DNA from: Methanotrichaceae archaeon
Lineage (GTDB): Archaea > Halobacteriota > Methanosarcinia > Methanotrichales > Methanotrichaceae
NCBI GenBank assembly: GCA_963803145.1
Contig: CAWDLW010000008.1
Location: 160,001 to 224,000 of the forward strand
Reading direction: 5' to 3'
DNA length: 64,000 nt
Position 1 is the stretch's first letter. Every line of letters starts with the position of its first letter. This document shows, piece by piece, positions 40,109-48,890 of this stretch. Made by a program: the position numbers and the translations under genes. The notes under the pieces are model-generated. The model saw only the letters and a list, made by a program, of their open reading frames with translations, had not been told where the DNA came from and did no database searches.

Positions 40109-42313
40109 CTATCTATAACCTATGTAAGATGGCGGCTCGACCTTCAATCCGCCTTTAAACCTTTCGCCAATGCGCTCATAATAGCTTATCATGCTCTCTT
40201 CTACGGATGGCCTCACCTTCTTCAATGCTTCTCTGAAGTGGTTCATTTCCACCTTGTCCAGATCCTCACGCATTGCAAGAATTGCAGCCTCGCGGCAGAG
40301 CGAATCCAGATCAGAGCCAACATAGCCCTCTGTGAGCTCAGCCAGCTCCTCGATATTGACTTCATCACTCATTGGTGTCTTTGATGTGTGAATTTTCAGG
40401 ATCTCATGCCTGCTGAACTTATCGGGCGGACCTATCATAAGCAGCCTATCGAATCTGCCCGACCGCAGAAGCGCAGGATCAAGGATATCCGGCCTGTTTG
40501 TAGCTGCAATGACCACTACATCCTTCAACGTTTCGAGCCCATCCATCTCTGCAAGAAGTTGATTCACAACGCGTTCCGTTACACGGCTCCCGTCATCCAA
40601 TCCTCTTATCGGGGCTATTGCATCCAGTTCATCGAAGAATATGATCGAGGGCGATACCTGCTTGGCCTTCTTGAATATTTCGCGGATAGCCTTCTCGGAT
40701 TCGCCCACCCATTTCGAGAGCATTTGAGGTCCGCGGATACTTATGAAGTTGGCTTGGCTTTCAGTTGCTATTGCTTGTGCAATCATCGTTTTTCCAGTGC
40801 CCGGCGGGCCATAGAGTAGTATACCCCTTGGCGGGCGTATTCCCATCTTGTGGAACTTTTCAGGTTGCTTAAGCGGCCATTCTATCGCTTCTATCAGCTC
40901 CTGCCTGAGCGTTCCTAAGCCCCCGAGGTCGTTCCAGGTAACTCTGGGCAGCTCCACAAGCACCTCCCTCATGGCAGAGGGTTCTATCTCTTTGAGTGCC
41001 TCATCGAAGTCGTCTCCCGTGACGAGCATCTCATCGATGGTCTTCCGGGGTATCTCATCCTCGGTAGTGAGGTCAGGCAGGTAGCGCCGTAATGCCTTCA
41101 TCGCCGCTTCCTTACAAAGCGCATTTATGTCTGCGCCCACAAATCCGTGCGTGCGATCAACCAGATCATCGAGGATTACATCTTGGTCAATTGGCATACT
41201 ATGCATATGAATCTGAAGGATCTCTATGCGGCCTGCTCTATCTGGAACGCCTATCTCGATCTCTCTGTCAAATCGCCCAGGTCTCCTCAGCGCTGGATCT
41301 ATGGCATCCACACGATTCGTAGCTCCTATTACCACTACTTGCCCTCGCTCTTTCAGCCCGTCCATCATGGCCAGGAGCTGAGCTACAACGCGGCGCTCAA
41401 CCTCACCGGTAACTTCGCTTCTCTTGGGCGCTATTGAATCAATTTCATCTATAAATATAATCGAAGGAGCTGACTTTTGTGCCTCATCGAATATTTCCCT
41501 CAAGCGCTGCTCGCTTTCTCCGTAAAATTTGGACATGATCTCAGGCCCGGCAATTGAGAAGAAGCTGGCTCCACTCTCGTTAGCCACTGCCTTGGCGATC
41601 AGCGTCTTTCCGGTTCCAGGAGGTCCATGGAGCAATACTCCCTTCGGCGGCTCTATTCCGAGCTTCTGGAATACCTCCGGGTGCTTCATTGGGAGTTCGA
41701 TCATCTCACGCACGCGCTGAACTTCAGCTCTCAGTCCGCCGACATTCTCGTAAGTTGTGCCTGTAGCCTTAATGGACCCAACGCCTTTCGCAGGTTTTTC
41801 AAGCAGTATGATCTCAGTACGCTCGCAGATCATCACCACTCCGCCTGGCTCAGCTCCAGTTACTACTAAGGGAACTGCCTCCATTCTGCCGATAAAAGGA
41901 TGGGTTCCTGAACTCATTATAGGAAGGATATCGCCGCTCACGATTGGACGCTTGAGGGTTTGACGGCGAATCAGATCTGCAGCCTCTTCCCCGTAATGCA
42001 TGTGTGCGCCTGCTGGAGGAGCTAGAGTTACTCTCAGGGCATCGGAATATTTTGCCTTGCGGATCTTCACACGGTCGCCGATTCCAACTCCTGCATTCTG
42101 ACGGATAAAGCCGTCAATCCTTATGTAATCCTGTGACCAGTCCTGCCTGTCTGCACGCCAGACTTTGGCAGCCGTAGTCCTCTTGCCCTCGATCTCTATG
42201 ATATCTCCCGGTGAAAGTCTCAAGGTAAGAAGAGCATTGGGGTCAAGCCTGGCTATGCCCCTAGCCGAATCATTCGGATATGCCTTTGCCACCTTGAGCA
42301 GAATATCCTTCAC
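40109..42313 (-). CDS. cdc48: CDC48/VCP AAA+ ATPase
   Basis: N-domain plus two AAA modules (GPPGTGKT twice, [17 protein letters not shown]). Confidence 0.97.
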   Translation of the reverse strand: MKDILLKVAKAYPNDSARGIARLDPNALLTLRLSPGDIIEIEGKRTTAAKVWRADRQDWSQDYIRIDGFIRQNAGVGIGDRVKIRKAKYSDALRVTLAPPAGAHMHYGEEAADLIRRQTLKRPIVSGDILPIMSSGTHPFIGRMEAVPLVVTGAEPGGVVMICERTEIILLEKPAKGVGSIKATGTTYENVGGLRAEVQRVREMIELPMKHPEVFQKLGIEPPKGVLLHGPPGTGKTLIAKAVANESGASFFSIAGPEIMSKFYGESEQRLREIFDEAQKSAPSIIFIDEIDSIAPKRSEVTGEVERRVVAQLLAMMDGLKERGQVVVIGATNRVDAIDPALRRPGRFDREIEIGVPDRAGRIEILQIHMHSMPIDQDVILDDLVDRTHGFVGADINALCKEAAMKALRRYLPDLTTEDEIPRKTIDEMLVTGDDFDEALKEIEPSAMREVLVELPRVTWNDLGGLGTLRQELIEAIEWPLKQPEKFHKMGIRPPRGILLYGPPGTGKTMIAQAIATESQANFISIRGPQMLSKWVGESEKAIREIFKKAKQVSPSIIFFDELDAIAPIRGLDDGSRVTERVVNQLLAEMDGLETLKDVVVIAATNRPDILDPALLRSGRFDRLLMIGPPDKFSRHEILKIHTSKTPMSDEVNIEELAELTEGYVGSDLDSLCREAAILAMREDLDKVEMNHFREALKKVRPSVEESMISYYERIGERFKGGLKVEPPSYIGYR

Positions 42314-42544
42314 TTCTCGTACACCCTTTGTATGTTTTAATCCAAGTGATTTAAGTTTATCCTACTACCGACACAAATATAGGCATAAATGAGATAGTAA
42401 TGTATTTAATATTTATGGATGGGCTGCGATCCAATAAATTATACGCTTATTTAATAACCGATATATTCTAAGAATCCTAATAGTAATGATATTACTTACT
42501 TATCATTAGATCATTCTTAAATTATTGCAAATCAAGTATTACCT

Positions 42545-43939
42545 ATGAATAAAAAAGCCCATTTCACAGTCATAATACTTTTCTTAATAACCTTTTTATC
42601 TGCAGGTATCTGCAGCGGCTTCAACGTATCCCCTCTGCAGGGAGACGAGCCGACTGGAGGCCAGTGGAAGACAATAGTCCTGGGATCAGGGGATTCCATA
42701 CGGCTTGTTCCGCCACCTAATGCAAGCACTCAGAACACAGAGATCCAGGAGCTTTTGAAGCTACAGGATGAGCGAACGCCAAGTATTGTCAAGACAATTG
42801 AATTCTGGGATGTCGGCTCATCTGTTCGGTGGAACGAGATAGCCAGGAACCTTGTGATAAAGCATAAGACAGATCCTCCCATGGCATCCAGGGTTTATGC
42901 GCTCTTGAGCATTGCCCAATATGACGCACTTATAACAGCCTGGAACAATAAATACTACTTTAAACGCCCAGCTCCCAACCAGGTGAACGGAGACCTCTTC
43001 CCATTTGTGTCGACTACAAAAGACCCAGTTTACCCGTCAGATCACGCTGTAGTGGCCGCTGCATCAGCAACTGTATTGGAGTACATTTACCCGGATGAAG
43101 CTGCCTACTTAGATCAAAAGGTCAAGGAGGATGAGGCGTCACGCCTTTGGGCCGGAGTCAACTATCCGAGCGATATATCTGCAGGCAATGCGTTGGGCAT
43201 GAAGGTTGGAGGAAAGGTGGTTGATAGGGCCAAGACAGATGGATCTGATGCCAAAGGAAACATAACTATGCCCAAAGGTCCCGGATACTGGACAGGCACA
43301 AATCCCCTAAGGCCGCTTTGGGGAAAGGTTAGGCCATGTTTGGTGGATAACATTACCCAGTTCCGCCCGAGCCCTCCTCCCGCATATGGCTCCCCTGAGT
43401 TCAATGCGGCTTTAAGTGAGGTAAGACAGATCTCAGATACCCGCACAAAATGGCAAACTCAAATAGCAGAGAAATGGGCAGACGGCGCAGGCACAGCCAC
43501 GCCTTCAGGCCACTGGAACCAGATCGCATGCGATCTCATTAATAACTCTCATTTAAGCGAGCTTAGGTCTGCCAGGGCATTGGCATTGATGAATATGGGG
43601 ATGATGGATGCAGGAATATGCTGCTGGGAGGCCAAATATTATTACTGCCTTATCCGGCCATGGCAGGCAGACCCGAAGATAACGACTGCAGTTGCCAAGC
43701 CGAACTTCCCATCGTACACATCGGGCCATTCCGACTTCTCATCGGCTGCAGCCGAGGTCCTGGATTACATATTCCCGAGCGATAAATCCCAGGTAGATTC
43801 GATGGCAGAGGAGGCGGGAATTTCAAGGCTTTATGGCGGAATACATTATAGATTCGATATCGATAAGGGCAGCGAGGTTGGAAGGATGATGGGACGTATG
43901 GCGGTGGAGCGCGGGATTGCAGACGGGTCACCGCAGTAG
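42545..43939 (+). CDS. secreted vanadium haloperoxidase / PAP2 phosphatase-like protein, two domains
   Basis: KYYFKRPAP...YPSDHA...SRLWAGVNY and KYYYCLIRP...YTSGHS...SRLYGGIHY. Confidence 0.85.
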   Translation: MNKKAHFTVIILFLITFLSAGICSGFNVSPLQGDEPTGGQWKTIVLGSGDSIRLVPPPNASTQNTEIQELLKLQDERTPSIVKTIEFWDVGSSVRWNEIARNLVIKHKTDPPMASRVYALLSIAQYDALITAWNNKYYFKRPAPNQVNGDLFPFVSTTKDPVYPSDHAVVAAASATVLEYIYPDEAAYLDQKVKEDEASRLWAGVNYPSDISAGNALGMKVGGKVVDRAKTDGSDAKGNITMPKGPGYWTGTNPLRPLWGKVRPCLVDNITQFRPSPPPAYGSPEFNAALSEVRQISDTRTKWQTQIAEKWADGAGTATPSGHWNQIACDLINNSHLSELRSARALALMNMGMMDAGICCWEAKYYYCLIRPWQADPKITTAVAKPNFPSYTSGHSDFSSAAAEVLDYIFPSDKSQVDSMAEEAGISRLYGGIHYRFDIDKGSEVGRMMGRMAVERGIADGSPQ

Positions 43940-44083
43940 TAACAACAGCAGATGGTTTGTGTTGCCGGGCATAAGGAGCACGACCATCTACCTATTTTTT
44001 CTCTTAAAAATCCCACGGTTTTTGGAGTCCGTCCCTCAGTATCATTTTCAGGGCTTTTTTGTCACTCTGGGTTGGTAGGAGGT

Positions 44084-44248
44084 TCACAACTCATATTCGA
44101 TATCTTCCGGGCTTAGGAGCGGTATGCCTGCATCTATTATTTTCTGCCGGAGTGCCAGGAGTCGACGTCCGCGTGGAGTTTTAGGGGAAAAAGACTCAAC
44201 ACTGTGTCCGTGAGATCTTTTAACGGCTTTAGATTTGGATATGCTCAT
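44084..44248 (-). CDS. 54-aa hypothetical, possibly antitoxin-like, not in the ORF track
   Basis: MSISKSK...PKTPRGRRLLALRQKIIDAGIPLLSPEDIEYEL*, starting 11 bp after the MNT stop. Confidence 0.55.
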   Translation of the reverse strand: MSISKSKAVKRSHGHSVESFSPKTPRGRRLLALRQKIIDAGIPLLSPEDIEYEL

Positions 44249-44259
44249 ACTATCATCCT

Positions 44260-44556
44260 TCATAAAGGAGTAGCCTCGGCTAGCACTCGGTCTCTAATAT
44301 ACCAGTGAAGGGCTTTATCGCTAACCACATCTACTTTTCGTCCCAAAAGGTCTTCGAGATCCTGCATAAGGGCTACGTGATCCATCAAGCTTGTACCTGG
44401 TTCCATCTCAACAAGAATGTCCAGGTCGCTCTCAGGCCCGGCCTCTCCTTTAGCCACTGAGCCAAAGACCCGTACGTTGTGGGCACCGTGCCTGGCAGCT
44501 ATGGCTAAAATCTCCTGGCGCTTGGATTTTAGCATTTCACCGATTTTCATGGGCAT
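44260..44556 (-). CDS. minimal nucleotidyltransferase (MNT antitoxin)
   Basis: VFGSVAKGEAGPESDLDILV, LEDLLGRKVDVV. Confidence 0.92.
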   Translation of the reverse strand: MPMKIGEMLKSKRQEILAIAARHGAHNVRVFGSVAKGEAGPESDLDILVEMEPGTSLMDHVALMQDLEDLLGRKVDVVSDKALHWYIRDRVLAEATPL

Positions 44557-44814
44557 ATCTTATCGGGCTCTGCTGTATAGTGAAACATAATGAAACGCAT
44601 TAAATTTATACGTTTTCTGCCACGACTTAAATATATTGATATGATCATTGATGGAGTTGGGCACATTCGACTATTCTCTCTTCGTTGTCATATTCTAACT
44701 GCTTTAGATTGGAATAATTGCATTAGATGTCTTCTTTCTTCAATAAATTTGCTAGGTGCCTAGAGTTTTATCAAAGTCTCATGATATTGATCCGCTTGTT
44801 TAAGCCGGAATGTA

Positions 44815-46164
44815 CTAAGTATGTATGTTTTTAAACTCATTCATGTTTTTTCTAGATATTATATGCCCGAGGTCTAGGAGAAGTTGCAGTGAATACATTA
44901 AATCGTACGCCTCCCCTATCATGAACTCTCCACGCTCCCAAATCATTATTTTCGGAACCCACTCTATGCCTAGCTCTTCTCTAGCGCTCTTGATTATATC
45001 GAATACCTTTTGGTCTTTTGCAGTTATCCTATCCCTTATACCTTGTACTTTGGCGGCATCAAGGTTATAGGACTGACGATTTGGGTTCTCTTCAGATCTT
45101 TTTCTTAGATCGATATATTGTTTGTAGTTATCCTCGAATATTTTGGCAGCCTCTGCGATCCTGGATTCATTCATTTTCTCATAAAGGTTCAATCTACATA
45201 AAGCCGAAGCCAGCTTTCCTATAGCATAGCTATCTATACGGCTAATATCTGCATTGCGGCCTTTCAGCTTATTTACTCGAAGTACGCTTTTCTCTATGGC
45301 TTTTATCAGATCATCATCGATCGGAGGCTTGATCATCTGAGCATGAATTATGAAATCAGTGATATCTTGATCGTAGGTTGCTTCCTTACTCTTGTATTTA
45401 GCATCTCTTATGTCGGCTGCCACCTGGATTGGCATGATGTCATTGGGACCAATATTATAGAGATAATTGTAAGAGATCTCATGGCAAGATCCCATCGATC
45501 TCCTATGCTCTACATCAGAATATGTTCTTTTATCATCTATGTTGTAATATTCATACGAGCCGTTAGAAGTAGGAGTTCTAAGGTCTATAGGTAATATCTT
45601 ATCTGTGAAGCGTTTTATATCTTTCAGAGATTGTCTAGTGCTGCCATACTCTGAGAAGGATTCACCTCCCGTTCCTCCGTTGCCCCATGATCCCTCAGGA
45701 CATGACACTAGCAAAACGGCTAAGGTCCAATCAAGATTATCTTTGTCGGCATCTTTCCAGTAAGAGCCAATCCGATTTATGAATACATCTTTTTTAAATT
45801 CGTCCTTAAGCTCTAAGAACCTTAGAATAGCTTCATCTCTGTATAGATTGGGTTTCCCTAGATCTAGATCGAGGGGATTTATCTCGGCGACTTTAACAGC
45901 ATCGTAATACCGCAGTGGGATTATTCCGCTTACATCCCATTTAGCAGAGCCCTCTGTATCTACCCATACAAACGCATTATCTGGCGGCGAAATGTCATTG
46001 GGTAACCTATAGGCGTCTGGAGAATATATTTCGGTGTACTTGGATTTGCGTAATTTTATGGTGTTCCTATTTAGGTATTTAACATATCCAGCAGGAATAT
46101 TGAAAAGGCCGCTTTCGCATGATGCGAATCCAGTTGTTCTATTCTTCAAGCTGACCTTCGACAT
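44815..46164 (-). CDS. hypothetical protein, degenerate MCM-like architecture
   Basis: ITDFIIHAQMIKPPI...IGKLASALCRLNL...EAAKIF resembles the MCM AAA lid; wHTH-like C-terminus; no Walker motifs. Confidence 0.6.
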   Translation of the reverse strand: MSKVSLKNRTTGFASCESGLFNIPAGYVKYLNRNTIKLRKSKYTEIYSPDAYRLPNDISPPDNAFVWVDTEGSAKWDVSGIIPLRYYDAVKVAEINPLDLDLGKPNLYRDEAILRFLELKDEFKKDVFINRIGSYWKDADKDNLDWTLAVLLVSCPEGSWGNGGTGGESFSEYGSTRQSLKDIKRFTDKILPIDLRTPTSNGSYEYYNIDDKRTYSDVEHRRSMGSCHEISYNYLYNIGPNDIMPIQVAADIRDAKYKSKEATYDQDITDFIIHAQMIKPPIDDDLIKAIEKSVLRVNKLKGRNADISRIDSYAIGKLASALCRLNLYEKMNESRIAEAAKIFEDNYKQYIDLRKRSEENPNRQSYNLDAAKVQGIRDRITAKDQKVFDIIKSAREELGIEWVPKIMIWERGEFMIGEAYDLMYSLQLLLDLGHIISRKNMNEFKNIHT

Positions 46165-46393
46165 ATGGCGATCTAGTCTCTACCGCAATAAAAGCTTTTA
46201 GCTGATCAGCAAGGACCTCCTCAATTGTTCGGCGATATTTTTCCCAGGGATGTATGCCAAAAGCGTACATTGTAATATAGGTGCAATTATAGATTTTAGG
46301 TTGATAGACGGCATAGATACATGGTTTGTCCTCTCTTTTTATGGCGTTTTCTTTTACTATTAGCCGTGTATAGTCAGCACCGTAAAACATCAA
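46139..46393 (-). CDS. hypothetical protein overlapping the start of the MCM-like gene
   Basis: 84-aa ORF with a 26-bp overlap. Confidence 0.45.
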   Translation of the reverse strand: MMFYGADYTRLIVKENAIKREDKPCIYAVYQPKIYNCTYITMYAFGIHPWEKYRRTIEEVLADQLKAFIAVETRSPYVEGQLEE

Positions 46394-46437
46394 GCTAATT
46401 ATATAAGCTCACAATGCACGTCAATCTTGGTGATGAA

Positions 46438-46618
46438 ATGAGCTTCAAAGCAAAAAAACGAAAACAACGTCTTGAAGACTCTTGGGAAGCTAGACCTTAA
46501 GGAAGGTGAAGTGGTGGATATTGAATTAAAGGAAAGAAGCATCTTTTGCCTCTTGAAAGGTTGGAAGATCGATTCTCAATCCCTGAAGGACGAGCTGAGG
46601 GGGAACTCCTCCAGGTAA
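46438..46618 (+). pseudogene. DUF104/AF2212-type antitoxin, frameshifted
   Basis: MSFKA, an extra base in the A run, then ENNVLKTLGKLDLKEGEVVDIELK...LLKGWKIDSQSLKDELR; near-copy of 48419-48595. Confidence 0.75.
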
Positions 46619-46755
46619 AGCTCCGTTGCCTCTTTGAGATTGGTCACAGCCTCTTCGATCGTCTTCCCCTGGCTCACAGTACCAACTTCAGGGCAATCAG
46701 CGACAAACATATCCTCTTCTTTGTGAATAACGGCCGTGAAGATTTGCGTGTTCAT
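46576..46755 (-). CDS. HicB-family antitoxin, 3' end probably truncated, not in the ORF track
   Basis: MNTQIFTAVIHKEEDMFVADCPEVGTVSQGKTIEEAVTNLKEATELYLEEFP. Confidence 0.8.
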   Translation of the reverse strand: MNTQIFTAVIHKEEDMFVADCPEVGTVSQGKTIEEAVTNLKEATELYLEEFPLSSSFRD

Positions 46756-47009
46756 ATATCCAGAATTAATGGCACCTCTTCTAATTAAAGATCATGCTTC
46801 AGTATTTCCTGAAATTGGATGTATGTGTCACACAGGCGTTCAAATCTATCTTGCAGCGTCCGCACTCATCTCGCAGTTGCCTGGCATCATCTGTGCTACG
46901 GGCGAGTTAATGCCTCTGGCCTAATTCAAATATTATTTATCCTAACAAGCTATTTCTATTTTCAAGAATCGAGAATCGTGAGTCAAGGGTCAAGAATTAC
47001 GAGGTTGGA

Positions 47010-47204
47010 ATGTCAGAGGGCCCGAATATAAAGATCCAGGTGGTCTATGAGGGAGGTGTCTTCAAGCCCCTGCAGGATGTAGATCTGCGTGAGGGAACGA
47101 AGGCTTTCGTCGTCCTAAAGCCTGGAACGATAACCAGCGTGGCCAGGAAATGTAGGATTAAAGTAGGCCAGGATGTAATGTCGGAGTTCATCGAGAAGAG
47201 ATGA
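47010..47204 (+). CDS. DUF104/AF2212-type antitoxin
   Basis: IQVVYEGGVFKPLQDVDLREG; ATGA overlap with an MKLVL stub. Confidence 0.85.
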   Translation: MSEGPNIKIQVVYEGGVFKPLQDVDLREGTKAFVVLKPGTITSVARKCRIKVGQDVMSEFIEKR

Positions 47205-47259
47205 AATTAGTATTGAATGCCCCAATCACAATAGATCCGATCGCTGAATATCGAGAGCT

Positions 47260-47484
47260 TCACAGCAGTCTTTCCAGATCATCCCTGCTGATGCCTGCAT
47301 CCTCCAGGATCTGAAGCAAAGTTCCTTTGGCTATCTCTTTACTATGGCAGGGTACAGTCACCCGTCTTTTTGTCTCAGGATGTGCAAAAATAAAGTGGCT
47401 TCCTGTTGTCCTTTTTAGCACGAAGCCTTTTTTCTCGAGTATTTTTATAACTTTATCTGAAGTGAGCGGCGGCAGCTTAGGCAT
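47260..47484 (-). CDS. hicA: HicA mRNA interferase toxin
   Basis: LEKKGF...TGSH.IF.H....VTVP.H..EI.KGTL..IL. Confidence 0.92.
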   Translation of the reverse strand: MPKLPPLTSDKVIKILEKKGFVLKRTTGSHFIFAHPETKRRVTVPCHSKEIAKGTLLQILEDAGISRDDLERLL

Positions 47485-47710
47485 GAGCCTCCACTGTCAG
47501 CCTGCACTCAAGAATCTCCTCCTCTATAGGAACTTCTTCACCGTCCTCGATGAGGCTCTCAACATATCCTTTGATGGCATCCTTTGCCATCTCAATGGCC
47601 TCCTCAACGGTCTTACCATAGGTAACGCATCCAGGTAGGGTGGGAACAAGCACGGTATATCCTCCCTCTGGCTCTTTCCGAAGAATTATCCGATAGCTTA
47701 GCTGAGGCAT
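47477..47710 (-). CDS. hicB: HicB antitoxin
   Basis: EPEGGYTVLVPTLPGCVTYGKTVEEAIEMAKDAI; ATG at 47710. Confidence 0.92.
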   Translation of the reverse strand: MPQLSYRIILRKEPEGGYTVLVPTLPGCVTYGKTVEEAIEMAKDAIKGYVESLIEDGEEVPIEEEILECRLTVEAHA

Positions 47711-48000
47711 TGAAATTACTATCGGAGTCTTGCTATATATCTTCAATGGATGTGCAGGAAAATTATGCTTTCCAAGATTAGAGGTATTTTAATTGTAGGA
47801 AAAATACCTTAACGGTTTTTATGATGAACTGAGTAACTTTACTGGATCATTGGCGAGCTATCTTTATCATGCTAGCGATAAATAAAAGCAGCTCTTTGAA
47901 GAGTTATATACCACTTGAAGTAGTTTAGAAATAACAAGTTACTTCTAGACAAACACTAGCATAGGGATATCTAAGCTGAACGCTTGAGGGAGATATAGCC

Positions 48001-48327
48001 ATGCAAGACAATAACCCCGGAAATAATCAAGAAAAGAAGCACTTTGCAATCAAGCTCATTCCACCCAGGCCAACCTTCCACCTGGATATGTCAGAGAATG
48101 AAAAAGATATAATGAAACAGCATGCTGCATACTGGAATGATTTAGTCAGCAAAGGAATAGTTATCGTCTTTGGGCCTGTACTTGATCCCAAAGGCGTTTA
48201 TGGTCTTGGAATCCTTGAAGTTGAAACTGAAGCTCAAGCCCATGCATTCATAGCAGAGGATCCGGCTGTTAAATCCGGGCTTGTGGAGATGGAAATCTAT
48301 CCGATACTTGCAACTGTGCGAAGATAA
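48001..48327 (+). CDS. YciI/YCII-related protein
   Basis: HAAYW...FGPVLDP..G.....AEDPAV. Confidence 0.82.
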   Translation: MQDNNPGNNQEKKHFAIKLIPPRPTFHLDMSENEKDIMKQHAAYWNDLVSKGIVIVFGPVLDPKGVYGLGILEVETEAQAHAFIAEDPAVKSGLVEMEIYPILATVRR

Positions 48328-48418
48328 GGGTTCTGAATTGGAACATCTTGGCTGTAATCTGCTTTCATCCCTAGGCTAATTATTTAACCTCACAATGTAA
48401 GTAAATCTCGGTGGCCGG

Positions 48419-48595
48419 ATGATCGTAAAGGCGGTTTATGAGAACAATGTCCTGAGGCCTCTTGAGAAGTTGGACCTGAAGGAAGGAGAAGAGGTGGATA
48501 TTGAATTAAAGAGAAAGAGCCTCTTCGGTTTATTGAAAGGTTGGAAGGTCGATTCTCAATCTCTAAAGGATGAGCTAAGAGAGATCAATGGCTAG
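48419..48595 (+). CDS. DUF104/AF2212-type antitoxin, not in the ORF track
   Basis: MIVKAVYENNVLRPLEKLDLKEGEEVDIELKRKSLFGLLKGWKVDSQSLKDELREING*. Confidence 0.85.
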   Translation: MIVKAVYENNVLRPLEKLDLKEGEEVDIELKRKSLFGLLKGWKVDSQSLKDELREING

Positions 48596-48744
48596 ACTAT
48601 TTGGGGATACCTACGCGCTGATTGAGCTTCTTAATTTCTCTCGTGGATGCCCTTGGATATACTTGTTCTAGGCGGCTGGGAATCAAATTTTTGACGGAAG
48701 ACAAAGAGTTCAAATTCATGGAAAACGTCGAGTATGTCAAATAG
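48588..48744 (+). pseudogene. VapC/PIN toxin remnant, frameshifted and internally deleted
   Basis: Fragments YFGDTYALIE and SLVDALGYTCSRRLGIKFLTEDKEFKFMENVEYVK* in different frames; middle missing. Confidence 0.75.
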
Positions 48745-48890
48745 CTGTTGGTGTGTATTCTATTCTTATAAAGCTCAGCTGGAGAGCGGAATTTCGTGAA
48801 GTTGCATGTCCCCCATATTTTGCGGATCCCCGACTGATAAAAATTAGTCATTCACAACGAATTTAAGCAAATGCCATCATAGTCAGCCTC

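Noticed and set aside
48772-48840. agctcagctggagagcg resembles a tRNA D-arm at the edge of the TA hotspot
   Set aside because: No acceptor stem, anticodon stem or TTCGA T-loop can be built
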